Shown here piece after piece: positions 9,095 through 19,012 of a stretch of 64,000 nucleotides of DNA. This stretch comes from Candidatus Latescibacterota bacterium (GTDB taxonomy: Bacteria > Latescibacterota > UBA2968 > UBA8231). The position numbers and the translations under genes were made by a program. A model generated the notes under the pieces. It did no database searches. It had not been told where the DNA came from and saw only the letters and a program-made list of their open reading frames with translations. Position 1 is the stretch's first letter; the number at the start of each line of letters is the position of its first letter. The stretch spans positions 960,001-1,024,000 of the forward strand of contig OZ241362.1 in NCBI GenBank assembly GCA_965200315.1. Direction: 5' to 3'.

Positions 9095-9850
9095 ATGGAA
9101 CTGGAAATAACCTCCCTGCACCAAGAACAGTACGAGCGCGACGGCTATACACTCGTCCGCGGCGGCTTTACCGCCGATGAGTGCGACCATTTTGTCGCCT
9201 ACATGATGGACCTCCACGCCGGCCGCTTCAGTGTCGAGGGCTATCCGCCGCGCCAGCCGGACGATTGGAGCCGCTTAATCAGCCGCAGCCTGCACCATCC
9301 GGCCGGCCTAGCTTGGATGCTCGATCTGAGGCTGCGCCAGCCGCTGCGCACCTTCTTAGGCGACGAACCCGACGGAGTCCAGAGCATGTACTTTTACAAG
9401 GGTTCCGAGCAACGCCGGCACCAAGACGCCTTTTTCCTGCCGGGCTGCATGTCGGCTTGGGTCGCTCTCCAGCAAGTCAGCGCACGCAACGGCAGCATTC
9501 ACATTCAGGTAGGCTCTCACAAGGGAGAGCTAATAGAAAAGCGCCATTTCCGCCGCGCTGAAAACGGCGAGTTAAGCCCTTGGTATGGCTGGGACCCGGA
9601 CGAGGCTTTTGACACCCTTTTCGCACGCAACGGGTTGCCGGAAATTGCCATTGAAGCGGATAAAGGCGATATCGTGTTCTTCAACGGTCGCTTAATCCAT
9701 CGCGGTGGCCCCATTTTGGCCGAGGGCGCTTTCCGCCATAGCTGGGCCGGCCACTACATTCCCCGTTCCTACAATCCGTGGCCCTACGAGAGCCACCCCC
9801 GGTTGCGCGTCTCCTTCGACGGCGTGTGCCGCTTCACACCTACCCATTGA
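9095..9850 (+). CDS. PhyH family dioxygenase
   Basis: YERDGY, QSMYFYKGSEQRRHQD, AWVAL, NGSIHIQVGSH, GDIVFFNGRLIHRG. Confidence 0.9.
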   Translation: MELEITSLHQEQYERDGYTLVRGGFTADECDHFVAYMMDLHAGRFSVEGYPPRQPDDWSRLISRSLHHPAGLAWMLDLRLRQPLRTFLGDEPDGVQSMYFYKGSEQRRHQDAFFLPGCMSAWVALQQVSARNGSIHIQVGSHKGELIEKRHFRRAENGELSPWYGWDPDEAFDTLFARNGLPEIAIEADKGDIVFFNGRLIHRGGPILAEGAFRHSWAGHYIPRSYNPWPYESHPRLRVSFDGVCRFTPTH

Positions 9851-9869
9851 AAGAGGAAGGAGGTTGACC

Positions 9870-11240
9870 ATGAAGCTGTGGATGGATGTAATGCGCGATC
9901 TCGAGAGCGTGATGAACGATCACGAGCGCATACTTGATGCTTGGGCGGAGGGCGGCGTCGACGGCGTCGTGTTTGGTCCGCTCGTTTTCGGCACGGCGAA
10001 ACTATCGAAAGATACCGTGGCCGCTCCCACCGGCGATGTCGTGGCCGAAGCGTACGATCCGAATCCGGCGGTGTACGCGCGCCTCGGCGTCGAGCCGCCG
10101 CCACCGCCGCAACATAAGCTGCCCGAGAAAAGGGCCTTGCTAGAAAAGACGATGCAGGCCGCCAAAGACCGCGGCATGCAGGTCTATTGTATGTACGCCG
10201 ATGGCGGTGCCGGTCCAGGCGGCGAGGGGCATCATCTGCACGACGACAAGACGCTGGCATCGCGAGTAGCGCGCATGGTCGATACCCTTGAGCACTTCCC
10301 GATGGCGGACGGTGCCGTGATGGACGGACCAGAGTGGGGGTACGAAATCGCCCCCCATCACATGAACCACCGCTCCTATTTCTTCCACGACCTGCCGGAG
10401 TCTGTAGCACCGATGGCCGCGGATCTGGGGTACGACTACGGAGCTATGGTAGCCGCCAAAGACAGGCTGCTGTCCTTGTTCCACAACCTCAACCCGGTGC
10501 GCCTGCGCGGACACGCTCGCGGCGGCCTAGTCGGCTCCTACCGCATGCTTGGGGCCGACCCGGACCTGATGGCTTGGCTGTCGTTCCGGGCCGACTCGCT
10601 GACTCGTTATTTTCGCCGCATCCGCGCAGGCGTCGCCGCCGAACTAGAGCGCCCGGTGCGCTTAGGATGTGGCCCCCGCTCGGCCGCCTTCGCGCCCTTG
10701 TGTGGGTACGATTTTGTCGATTTGGCTCAGTTCATGGATTTCCTGCTGCCGAAGCACTACTTCTTTCACCGCGGCTTCGACGGCTTCCTCGGCACGGTTT
10801 ACCGCTACTCGCAGACGCTCTTGGAGTGGAATCCGGGGCTTAGTGTGGCCGACACCCTCAATGTCGTGGAAGCGCTCTTCGGCATCGTCCTGCCGGGCGT
10901 GGGCGACGACCTGCTCGACTTCGAGAGTGCCCTCAGTCCGGAGTTTTTCGCGCAAGTGGTAACACAGGAGACGCGGCGGGCGCTGGCCTCTGTCGATGAC
11001 CCCGAGCGCATCGTGCCCTGGCTCGACAGCGGCCGTTTTCCCCACGATGGCGACCCGATGTCGGCGCGCGACCTCAAGATGTTACTCGACGCCGCTGAAG
11101 CCGCAGGGCTCCGGCGCTTCAACTACCACCACCAAGGGAACCTCAGTCCGGGTGAATGGGTGGTTATCAGCGACAAATGCGGAACCCGCTGGGACCCGCG
11201 CAAAAGCGATTACGAGCCGCCAGACGAGCTGGTGTTGTAG
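9870..11240 (+). CDS. conserved hypothetical protein, possibly a TIM-barrel/glycoside-hydrolase-like fold
   Basis: 456-aa ORF with a strong SD (GGAGGT) before ATG 9870 and a DGAVMDGPEWGY motif. It is 19 nt downstream of the PhyH gene and is followed by a terminator. Confidence 0.75.
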   Translation: MKLWMDVMRDLESVMNDHERILDAWAEGGVDGVVFGPLVFGTAKLSKDTVAAPTGDVVAEAYDPNPAVYARLGVEPPPPPQHKLPEKRALLEKTMQAAKDRGMQVYCMYADGGAGPGGEGHHLHDDKTLASRVARMVDTLEHFPMADGAVMDGPEWGYEIAPHHMNHRSYFFHDLPESVAPMAADLGYDYGAMVAAKDRLLSLFHNLNPVRLRGHARGGLVGSYRMLGADPDLMAWLSFRADSLTRYFRRIRAGVAAELERPVRLGCGPRSAAFAPLCGYDFVDLAQFMDFLLPKHYFFHRGFDGFLGTVYRYSQTLLEWNPGLSVADTLNVVEALFGIVLPGVGDDLLDFESALSPEFFAQVVTQETRRALASVDDPERIVPWLDSGRFPHDGDPMSARDLKMLLDAAEAAGLRRFNYHHQGNLSPGEWVVISDKCGTRWDPRKSDYEPPDELVL

Positions 11241-11277
11241 GGCCACGCTTCAGACCAAGTGCGGAACATTAGTACAT

Positions 11278-11313
11278 AAAAAGAGCCGCGAGCATAACTC
11301 GCGGCTCTTTTTT
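11278..11313. terminator. bidirectional intrinsic terminator
   Basis: AAAAAGAGCCGCGAG-CATAA-CTCGCGGCTCTTTTTT. Confidence 0.92.
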
Positions 11314-11465
11314 GCTGCGGCAGGTTGAAATCAACCGCGTTATCCGTCTATTCAGGATCGCCGGCCGAATCCGTGCCGGGGGAGGGGGGATAAAAGTTTG
11401 CGCCGAAGAGAAAAGGTTGTCCGCCTAAAAAATCTGGCGCACTGTACAGCTCGACATATTAGCGT

Positions 11466-11790
11466 GTACGAGCCGGTCTCTTCGTCACCTTCGATGGCCG
11501 GATTGTCAAAGTAATACTCGACAAAGCCGCCCCCTTCCCCACCCACGCGGATCATCTCCTGTATGAATTTAACCCCATTGACGTCCTCGAGCTCCCATAC
11601 CCTTTGGTCCATTTGGGATAGATCGACCCCGTGGAAGAGCATAGCGGTCCGCTCTTGGGCAACCAAGAGAACAAAGAGATAAATATCGTCTTGTCGCCAC
11701 GTATCGTTGGTCTGCAATATATCGGCCATAAGAGGAGAGAAGCCAGCGATTGCACTAAACTCAATCGCGTCTTGGACGAAGGCCTTCAGG
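11466..11790 (-). pseudogene. single Cache-domain protein remnant
   Basis: LKAFVQDA...WRQDDIYLFV...LFHG...LEDVNGVKFIQEMI...GGGFVEYYFDNPAIEGDEETGS matches Cache_2-like motifs. The flanks are degenerate and the 5' side is occupied by a REP hairpin and a MITE. Confidence 0.65.
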
Positions 11791-11822
11791 AGTAGCACCA
11801 CCCCGACGCCACCCCCCCGGGA

Positions 11823-11843
11823 TCGAGGGCATCCTGCCCTCGA
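11823..11843. repeat. REP-like palindrome
   Basis: TCGAGGGCA-TCC-TGCCCTCGA, a 9-bp perfect stem of the GGCAGGATGCC type. Confidence 0.6.
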
Positions 11844-11918
11844 AATACGCCACACCCCCAGCCGACGCGACCGCCCAGCCGACCGACGGGCGCGGTAAAA
11901 GTGCTTCTGATGGCCCCT

Positions 11919-12067
11919 ATAGCAAGCCTACCTGTTGTGCTCTCATCGACTTGGCACCGCCGGTGGCTGGTGGTCCGTACGTGCGTCCTTGGAGAGGCAG
12001 GCCAGCGGGCGAGACGCCCGCGCACTCAGCGATGCGTCGCATCTCACGAGTGATGTAGGATGGCTAT
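11919..12067 (+). mobile_element. MITE copy A (non-autonomous, ~150 bp)
   Basis: Ends are ATAGCAAGCCTAC ... GTAGGATGGCTAT, in TATA context. It contains a GCGGGCGAGACGCCCGC hairpin and aligns along its length with the reverse complement of 63078-63243. Confidence 0.75.
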
Positions 12068-12195
12068 AACTACCTGTGCAAGACAGCCAAACGATCCGGC
12101 AATAAGTCAAGCTGCTGGTACGGACATCGAACAGGACGCTGGAGTGCTCGTGGCCCTATAGGAGCCACTCCGCTGAAAACAGCTTCGTCGCTTCT

Positions 12196-12585
12196 TTATG
12201 GGGTATGGTCGCTTGCTGAGGAAGCTTGGTAGGCGGTGTATTTGAGGTTTTTGCCCCGGGCCTTTTCCACTGGATAGCGCTGGGCCGAAATGGCCAATTT
12301 CTCCTCGAGCATCTGCGCGGCGTCCAAGCCGAAGCGGTCGCACATCAGCAGGACAAAGTACAGCGCGTCGGCCAGCTCGTGGCCGATGGCCCGGCGGAAG
12401 GATTCGTCTTCTAAGCGGGTGGCGATCTCTTGGTCGGAGCGGAAGCGGAAGTGCTCCAAAACTTCGGCCGCTTCGGTAGAAAGACCAATGGCCAAGTCCT
12501 TGGGCGTGTGGAATTGCGCCCAGTCGCGCTCGGCCACAAAGCGGCGAATTTCGGCGGTGAGCTGGGCCAGCGTGGCTTCGCTCAT
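12196..12585 (-). CDS. MazG-like nucleotide pyrophosphohydrolase (dCTPase type)
   Basis: FVAERDWAQFHTPKDLAIGLSTEAAEVLEHF, HELAD, YPVEKARG. Confidence 0.93.
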   Translation of the reverse strand: MSEATLAQLTAEIRRFVAERDWAQFHTPKDLAIGLSTEAAEVLEHFRFRSDQEIATRLEDESFRRAIGHELADALYFVLLMCDRFGLDAAQMLEEKLAISAQRYPVEKARGKNLKYTAYQASSASDHTP

Positions 12586-13736
12586 GGGCCCAAGTCCCTC
12601 ACTAGCCGAACCCCAACGTGGCTAAAGCGCCGCTCGGGCGCGTTCCAACAGCGCTGGGCCGAGCGGGAAAGCGCAGCCGCATCCTTAAAGCTGCCGCCGC
12701 GAAACACCCGAGCTGTACCTTCGCTCGGCCCTTGAGGGTCGGTCTGCGGCCCCTCCGGGTAGGCACCCAGCCAGTCGCCTACCCATTCCCACACATTGCC
12801 GTGCATATCGTATAGCCCCCAAGGGTTGGGCGCTTTTAAGCCCACTGGCTGCGCGGCCATCCGCCTAATGAGGGCGACATTGTCCGTCCACCAAGCGTGG
12901 TGCTCCAGCTCCTTTTCGACCGCTCCAAAAGACCACGGCGTCTTCGTGCCCGCCCGCCCAGCGTACTCCCACTCGGCTTCAGTAGGCAGCCGGTACACCT
13001 GCACATCGGCTGCGGCGTTGAGAGCGGCTATGAATGCTCGCACCTCTTCCCAAGAGATGTACACGGCCGGGCGGTCGGGTTCCTCTTCTATTTCGTCGGC
13101 GTAGCGGCTCCACGGCCGCTTTCCAGTAACAGCCGTCCACTGGTGCTGGGTGATTTCGCACTGACTTAGGTAGAAACCCCGGGTTAGGCGCACCTCGCGC
13201 TGAGGACCTTCGTCGTCGTTGCGGCCCGGCTCGTCCAGCGGCGAACCCATGGTGAAGACACCCGGCTCGACCCACACCATATTTAGCGGTACGCCCGGGG
13301 CTAACTCTACGGTAATCGGGGGCTGCGAGCGGGCAGGCGATGGCGCAACAACGAGGGTAAGGCCGAGGGGAACAGACTGCCCCGGTGCCAGATCGAGCTT
13401 GGCCGAGCCGCTGGCCACTAAGGCACCGGCCGCATCGTAACCGGCCACCGCAAACAACCTCGCGGCACCCGCCGGAATCTCGGAGACTGTACCGACAATG
13501 CGATCCCCAACCACGGCCAATGCCCGGCGCATGGCTGGCATAGCGACCCCCGTGACCACGACCTCGACTTGGGCGAGCCGAGCGGCCACCTCTGAGTCCA
13601 CCCTAGCGGTCAGCAGCACGGCTGCGCTGGCCTCTTCTTCAGCCGCTGTGGGGGCCGGGCGACCATCTCCACAAGCCAGCAGCCCTAAGAGGGCGATTAG
13701 CAGCAGGCTGGAGCCTATTTTCAAGTAGGGGTGCAT
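12582..13736 (-). CDS. lipoprotein with formylglycine-generating enzyme (SUMF1/FGE-sulfatase) domain
   Basis: Lipobox LLAC; FTMGSP, EITQHQW, YRLPTEAEWEYA, PNPWGLYDMHGNVWEW, RVFRGGSF, GVRLVR. Confidence 0.9.
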   Translation of the reverse strand: MHPYLKIGSSLLLIALLGLLACGDGRPAPTAAEEEASAAVLLTARVDSEVAARLAQVEVVVTGVAMPAMRRALAVVGDRIVGTVSEIPAGAARLFAVAGYDAAGALVASGSAKLDLAPGQSVPLGLTLVVAPSPARSQPPITVELAPGVPLNMVWVEPGVFTMGSPLDEPGRNDDEGPQREVRLTRGFYLSQCEITQHQWTAVTGKRPWSRYADEIEEEPDRPAVYISWEEVRAFIAALNAAADVQVYRLPTEAEWEYAGRAGTKTPWSFGAVEKELEHHAWWTDNVALIRRMAAQPVGLKAPNPWGLYDMHGNVWEWVGDWLGAYPEGPQTDPQGPSEGTARVFRGGSFKDAAALSRSAQRCWNAPERRFSHVGVRLVRDLGP

Positions 13737-13791
13737 ATTTATATTGTAATACAAGGTCCGCCCGCCGCAATCCGCCTAACGTCCAAACCTC

Positions 13792-15594
13792 ATGTGCCCA
13801 TCCGCAGTTTCCTCTCAACCAGCCCGCCGCACTTGGCTCGTGCCGGCCCTCTTACTGGTGGGGCTAACCGTCGGGGCCTATATACCGGCGCTGAATGGCG
13901 GTTTTGTCTGGGACGACGACGACTACGTGCAGGACAACCTCACCCTGCGCTCGCTAGCGGGGCTGGGGCAGATTTGGTTCCAGCCGGGAGCCACGCGCCA
14001 ATACTACCCGCTGGTCCATACGACCTATTGGCTTGAATACCGGCTGTGGGGCTTGGACCCAACCGGCTACCACGTGGTCAACGTACTACTGCACGCCCTG
14101 AGTGCCGTTTTGGTCTGGCGGCTGCTCATTCGCCTACAAGTACCCGGCGCTTGGGCTGCGGCCGCCCTGTTTGCCCTGCATCCAGTCCACGTCGAGTCGG
14201 TGGCGTGGATTACCGAGCGCAAGAACGCGTTGTCCGGCGCATTCTATCTGAGTGCAGCATGGGCCTATCTGCGCTGCGAAGAAGCGCGAAGCCCTCGCCT
14301 GTACTGGGCCGCGTTGTTCCTTTTTGCCGCGGCCCTGCTCAGCAAGACCGTCACCTGCACCCTGCCGGCCGCCCTGTTGCTGGTGCTGTGGTGGAAGGGC
14401 CAAACGCCAATGCGGCGCACGGCCGTAGCCCTCGGGCCTTTTTTTGCCCTAGGGGTGGCCATGAGCGCGGTGACAGTGTGGATGGAGAGGCACAGCGTCG
14501 GTGCTTGGGGGCCAGAGTGGGACTTATCGCTGGTGGAGCGCGGCCTGATAGCCGGGCGGGCACTGTGGTTTTACGCGGCGAAACTCCTCGTGCCGCTCGA
14601 CCTTGCGTTTATCTACCCCCGCTGGGAAATCGAGGCGACCGCGGTCTGGCCCTATCTCTATCCGGCCGGGGCCTTGGGCGTCGGTGCTCTGCTGTGGGCC
14701 TTGCGGGAGCACTGGGGGCGGGGGCCGTTGACCGGGGTGTTGTTTTTTGTCGGCACCCTAACGCCAGCACTGGGCTTTTTTAACTTCTACCCCATGCTCT
14801 ACTCCTTTGTCGCCGACCACTTCCAATACTTGGCCAGTCTGGGGCTTTTGGCGCTGGCCGCGGCTGGTGGGCAGCACCTGTGGACGCGGCTGGGCCAGCC
14901 GGCGACCGGACCCGTCGCACTGGCGTTGGTCTTGGCCGTCTGCGCTCTGCTCACTTGGCGGCAAGGGCGGGTCTATGCCGATTTGGAGACCTTGTGGCGC
15001 GATACCCTGCAAAAAAACGCCGGCGCTTGGATCGCCCACAACAATCTGGCCAATATCCTCAAAGAGCGCGGCCAGCTCGACCAAGCCATCGGCCATTATC
15101 GGCAAGCTCTATTGCTAAAGCCCGGCAGCGCACAAATTCACCTCAACCTCGCCGCCGCGCACCGCGCCCGGGGCGAGCCGGCCGCCGCACTGCGCCACTA
15201 CCGCCGAGCCTTAGCGGCCGAGCCGGACCGCGTCGAAACCCACCTCAAGCTGGGCAACGCCCTCCTCGGCCAAAACGCGGTCGCCGAGGCCATTGACCAC
15301 TACCGCCGCGCCCTCCGGCTGGCCCCCGACCTCGCCTTGGTCCACAGCAATCTGGGCGCGGCCTTGGCGCTCCAACGACAGGACGCCGAGGCCATCGGCC
15401 ACTACCGCCGCGCCCTCCAACTCAAACCGGACTTTGCCGAAGCGCACAACAATTTGGGGCGGATCTTGGCACTCCGCGGTCAGTTCGCCGAGGCCATCGG
15501 CCACTACCGCCGCGCCCTCCAACTCAAACCCACCTATCGCCAAGCCCGTGCCAATCTCGTCGCGGCTCTGCAAGCGGTGGGGGCTGGCCCTTGA
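13792..15594 (+). CDS. TMTC-like GT-C membrane glycosyltransferase with C-terminal TPRs
   Basis: GFVWDDDDYV (DD motif), YYPL, YHVVNVLLH, FALHPVHVESVAWITERK, ADHFQYL, LWRDT, then about six TPRs. Confidence 0.85.
   Translation: MCPSAVSSQPARRTWLVPALLLVGLTVGAYIPALNGGFVWDDDDYVQDNLTLRSLAGLGQIWFQPGATRQYYPLVHTTYWLEYRLWGLDPTGYHVVNVLLHALSAVLVWRLLIRLQVPGAWAAAALFALHPVHVESVAWITERKNALSGAFYLSAAWAYLRCEEARSPRLYWAALFLFAAALLSKTVTCTLPAALLLVLWWKGQTPMRRTAVALGPFFALGVAMSAVTVWMERHSVGAWGPEWDLSLVERGLIAGRALWFYAAKLLVPLDLAFIYPRWEIEATAVWPYLYPAGALGVGALLWALREHWGRGPLTGVLFFVGTLTPALGFFNFYPMLYSFVADHFQYLASLGLLALAAAGGQHLWTRLGQPATGPVALALVLAVCALLTWRQGRVYADLETLWRDTLQKNAGAWIAHNNLANILKERGQLDQAIGHYRQALLLKPGSAQIHLNLAAAHRARGEPAAALRHYRRALAAEPDRVETHLKLGNALLGQNAVAEAIDHYRRALRLAPDLALVHSNLGAALALQRQDAEAIGHYRRALQLKPDFAEAHNNLGRILALRGQFAEAIGHYRRALQLKPTYRQARANLVAALQAVGAGP
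15384..15530 (+). repeat. 45-bp exact direct repeat with 102-bp period (TPR units)
   Basis: CGCCGAGGCCATCGGCCACTACCGCCGCGCCCTCCAACTCAAACC at 15384-15428 and 15486-15530. Confidence 0.9.
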
Positions 15595-15624
15595 GAACCG
15601 GGCCGTCAGACTGGAGCTGATCGC

Positions 15625-17601
15625 TTGCAATCCAAGGTACCACCGGACTATCTGGCCTATCTAGCGCGGCGCAGTGGCCCCAAGCCCCACCACAACCTGC
15701 GGGCGGCCGTCACTTGGAGGGGCATCCTCGTGGGGGCCTTGCTGTGTGCGCTCATCGCCGTGGGGGCTCCCTATGCCCGGCACATCGTCAAAGGGACGGC
15801 CCTCGCCCTGACATCCGCCACTCCGGTGGCCTTTTTCCTGCTCTTCGTCCTGCTGTTGACCCTGCACCTGCTCTTGGGCCGTTGCCGCCGCGAATGGGCT
15901 TTTACCCGCGGCGAACTGATCACCATGTTCGCGATGATGACTGCGGCCGCAGCCATACCCACCAAAGGCGTGGTCAGTATGCTGCTGCCCATCATCACAG
16001 GCTTCTTGTACTACGCCTCGCCCGAAAACCAATGGGCCGCGCAGGTTCACCCTTTGCTGCCTCGGTGGATCTTGGTCGACGATGTCCAAGCCGTCACCGA
16101 CTTCTATGAAGGCGGTGCAACCATCCCGTGGGCACACTGGCTACCACCGCTGGCGGCGTGGTTGGCTTTCTACATGGCTTTGTACCTGACACTTCTCTGC
16201 GTCAGCGCGATTCTGCGCCGCCAGTGGGTCCAGTACGAGCGCTTGGCCTATCCTCTCGCCCAAGCGCCGTTGGCCATGCTGGACGAGGGGGCAGAAGACC
16301 GCCTGCTCAAATCATTTTTTAGGAACTGGGTCATGTGGGCAGGTTTTGCTATCCCCTTCTTGCTTACCAGCCTCGGGGCCTTGCATCACTACTTTCCCCA
16401 AATGGCCGTCCCGGGGTTCTCTACAGCGGTACAGCCTATCGAAGGCGGCCGCAGGCTCCTGTTAAACATCCATTTTCTCATGCTAGGCTTGGCTTATTTC
16501 ATCAACCTCAGCATCGGCCTCAGCCTGTGGTTGTTCTATCTAATCGCCTATTGCCAAGACGCGGCCTTCGGCGTTATGGGCATTCACAGCCAAGCCGATC
16601 TGGGCCACTGGAGCGTACCCATCAGGGGGCACCTTATGATGGGAGCCATCGCAGTCTTGCTCGGTGCGGTCTTGTGGAACGCTCGGCACCATCTCAAAGC
16701 CGTCCTACAGCGCGCTTGGGATGGGACCGCTGAAGTGGACGACCAAGGCGAGATCATGTCCTGCCGGGCCTCAGTAGTCGGCACCTCAGTAGGCGTGGCC
16801 AGCTTGTGGCTGTGGCTATGGCAAACCGGCCTCCCCGCTTGGATCGCCCTATTCGTCTTGGCGGTCGGTCTGACCATTTTTGTCGCCTTGGCCCGCGTCA
16901 TCGCCGAGACCGGCCTGCCGATTGTCAAGCCGACCATGATCCCGGCGGGTTTTACCTTGTCTGGCGTGGGTTCTTCGGCCTTCGGGCCTCAAGGGACCGC
17001 CGCTTTGGGCTATACCATGGTGTGGTGTGGCGACTTGCTGGTCTTTATGATGGCGCCCTTGGCCAATGGCCTGCGCTTGGTCAGCGAATTAAAAAGCGGG
17101 CAGCGCCGCCTCTTTTGGGCCTTGGCCGCCGCCATGCTCATCACGTGGGTGCTGTCCTTGTGGTACACCCTGCATCTGGCCTACCGCCACGGCGCCATCA
17201 ACCTGTATCTTTCGGCGCACTACGCCACCGAGCCTTCGCGCTTGGCGGCCCGGCACCTCCTCGAGCCCACTGATCCGAGCCTAGCTGGCTGGCTGTGGAC
17301 GGGCGGCGGCGGCGCGATTATGGCGGGCTTGCTGGCGGCCCGACGCTACCTGCTGTGGTGGCCCCTGCATCCCCTCGGCTTTGTCGTCGGCTTTGGCTAC
17401 GTCATGGAGCGCATCTGGTTTGCGGTATTCTTAGCTTGGCTGAGCAAAAAGTGTCTGCTGCGTTGGGGCGGGGCCGCCGCGTACCGCAGAATGCAGCCCT
17501 TTTTTCTGGGCATGGCCCTAGGCCACATTAGCAGCGGCGGCGTCTGGCTGCTCATCGACAGCGCGACCGGTACTGTGGGCAATCGCATCCCCCTCTATTG
17601 A
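15625..17601 (+). CDS. DUF6785/DUF6784-like polytopic membrane protein (paralogue 1)
   Basis: GELITMF, YYASPENQW, IPWAHWLPPL, ILRRQWVQYERLAYPL, RVIAETGLP, WWPLHPLGF, PFFLGMALG; many TM helices. Start uncertain. Confidence 0.75.
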   Translation: MQSKVPPDYLAYLARRSGPKPHHNLRAAVTWRGILVGALLCALIAVGAPYARHIVKGTALALTSATPVAFFLLFVLLLTLHLLLGRCRREWAFTRGELITMFAMMTAAAAIPTKGVVSMLLPIITGFLYYASPENQWAAQVHPLLPRWILVDDVQAVTDFYEGGATIPWAHWLPPLAAWLAFYMALYLTLLCVSAILRRQWVQYERLAYPLAQAPLAMLDEGAEDRLLKSFFRNWVMWAGFAIPFLLTSLGALHHYFPQMAVPGFSTAVQPIEGGRRLLLNIHFLMLGLAYFINLSIGLSLWLFYLIAYCQDAAFGVMGIHSQADLGHWSVPIRGHLMMGAIAVLLGAVLWNARHHLKAVLQRAWDGTAEVDDQGEIMSCRASVVGTSVGVASLWLWLWQTGLPAWIALFVLAVGLTIFVALARVIAETGLPIVKPTMIPAGFTLSGVGSSAFGPQGTAALGYTMVWCGDLLVFMMAPLANGLRLVSELKSGQRRLFWALAAAMLITWVLSLWYTLHLAYRHGAINLYLSAHYATEPSRLAARHLLEPTDPSLAGWLWTGGGGAIMAGLLAARRYLLWWPLHPLGFVVGFGYVMERIWFAVFLAWLSKKCLLRWGGAAAYRRMQPFFLGMALGHISSGGVWLLIDSATGTVGNRIPLY

Positions 17602-17651
17602 GCGCCGGCCGCTTTGGTGCGGCCAATCGGATTATCTATCTTAGGGCCGCT

Positions 17652-19004
17652 ATGCCGACCAGCGAGCAAAAGACGTACTCGGCCTTCTGCGTCCTCTGGG
17701 GCTTGGCAACGCTTTTTCACCTCGTTGCCAAAGACCCTTGGCCGGCTCCGCTGCTCAGCGCCCTACTCGCTGCCGCCGCACTCTATCTGCTTCACCGGCC
17801 AGCCGCACCGCACCGCCTCGTGTTGCTGGCAATCCTGCAACTGTGCGAAAGCTGGACGACGGCTCCTTTTATCTCCAACCATTGGCTCTTCACCGGGCTG
17901 GTGAACCTGACGCTCCTCCAAGCCTACGCCCGGCTGGCGTGGGCCGGGGGCGCGTTTGCCGTGGCACCGGGGGCCTTGTACCGAACCTTTGCCCCCATCG
18001 TCCGGCTCGAATTGATTATCCTTTACTTCTTCGCGGTCTTTCACAAACTCAACGCCGACTTCTTCGATCCCCAGATAAGCTGCGCAGTCCACTTCTACGC
18101 GGCCCAACTCCAGCCGCTCCCCTTCGTCTTGGCCGGAGCGGTCCCTATCTATCTTACCTTAGCCGTCGAAACGGCCATTCCGCTCCTGCTGTGCTGGCCC
18201 CCTACTCGCAACGCCGGTGTTTTGCTCGGTCTCCTCTTCCACGCGGTGGTCGGCTTTAACCCCATAAGCGAATTTTACAATTTCTCTTCCATGATCTTTG
18301 CCTTGCTGTTTTTGTTTTCCTCCTTGCGCCTCGACGCCGGCTGGCCGACCCGGCGTCTTTTTGAGTCGGCGCGGTGGGAGGGCATGCCTTTTTCTGGCAA
18401 AAGTTCACTCGCAGTCGGTGCAGCACTTGTGGGGTTGGGGCTTTTGGTCGCGCTGAACGGTCTGGTTGCCGCCGCGGCCGAGTTGGTGCTCCCCTTGTGG
18501 GGGTTGTACAGCGCTGGCCTGCTCCTCCTTTTCGTCCTCTTACCCAAAGCGCCCCCGGCGCGGCCCGCATTCTCGTTGCGGCCGTGGCCCGTGCTGCTTA
18601 TGCCGCTGCTGACCGGCCTCAACGGGTGTAGCCCCTACTTGGGGCTTAAGACCGAGACGGCGTTTGCCATGTATGCCAACCTGCGCACCGAAGGGGGGCA
18701 GAGTAACCACTTGCTGGTGCCGCCCGAGGTGCAACTGTTTGGTTTCCAGCGGGAGCTAATAGAAATAAAGGACGCTTCGTCCGGCTTGTTGGCCAGTCTG
18801 GCACGGCGCAAGCTCATGTTGCCCTTCTTCGAGGTGCGCGCCTTGCTCCAAGAGCACCCCAATACCTCGCTTACCTATGAGCGGCACGCCGGCCCCAGCG
18901 CCGCCCCAGACGAGCAACTGCGGCAGCCAATCCCGTGGCCGCTGCGCAAATTGCTCTACTTCCGTCCAGTAGCCTCTAGCGGCCGGCAGCCCTGTTTCCA
19001 CTAG
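17652..19004 (+). CDS. HTTM-like (vitamin-K carboxylase-related) polytopic membrane protein
   Basis: SNHWLF, LYFFAVFHKLNADF, VETAIPLLL, GLLFH, PYLGLKTETAFAMYANLRTE. The NH, Y..A.F.KL and E motifs recall HTTM proteins. Confidence 0.55.
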   Translation: MPTSEQKTYSAFCVLWGLATLFHLVAKDPWPAPLLSALLAAAALYLLHRPAAPHRLVLLAILQLCESWTTAPFISNHWLFTGLVNLTLLQAYARLAWAGGAFAVAPGALYRTFAPIVRLELIILYFFAVFHKLNADFFDPQISCAVHFYAAQLQPLPFVLAGAVPIYLTLAVETAIPLLLCWPPTRNAGVLLGLLFHAVVGFNPISEFYNFSSMIFALLFLFSSLRLDAGWPTRRLFESARWEGMPFSGKSSLAVGAALVGLGLLVALNGLVAAAAELVLPLWGLYSAGLLLLFVLLPKAPPARPAFSLRPWPVLLMPLLTGLNGCSPYLGLKTETAFAMYANLRTEGGQSNHLLVPPEVQLFGFQRELIEIKDASSGLLASLARRKLMLPFFEVRALLQEHPNTSLTYERHAGPSAAPDEQLRQPIPWPLRKLLYFRPVASSGRQPCFH

Positions 19005-19012
19005 AATCAGCA

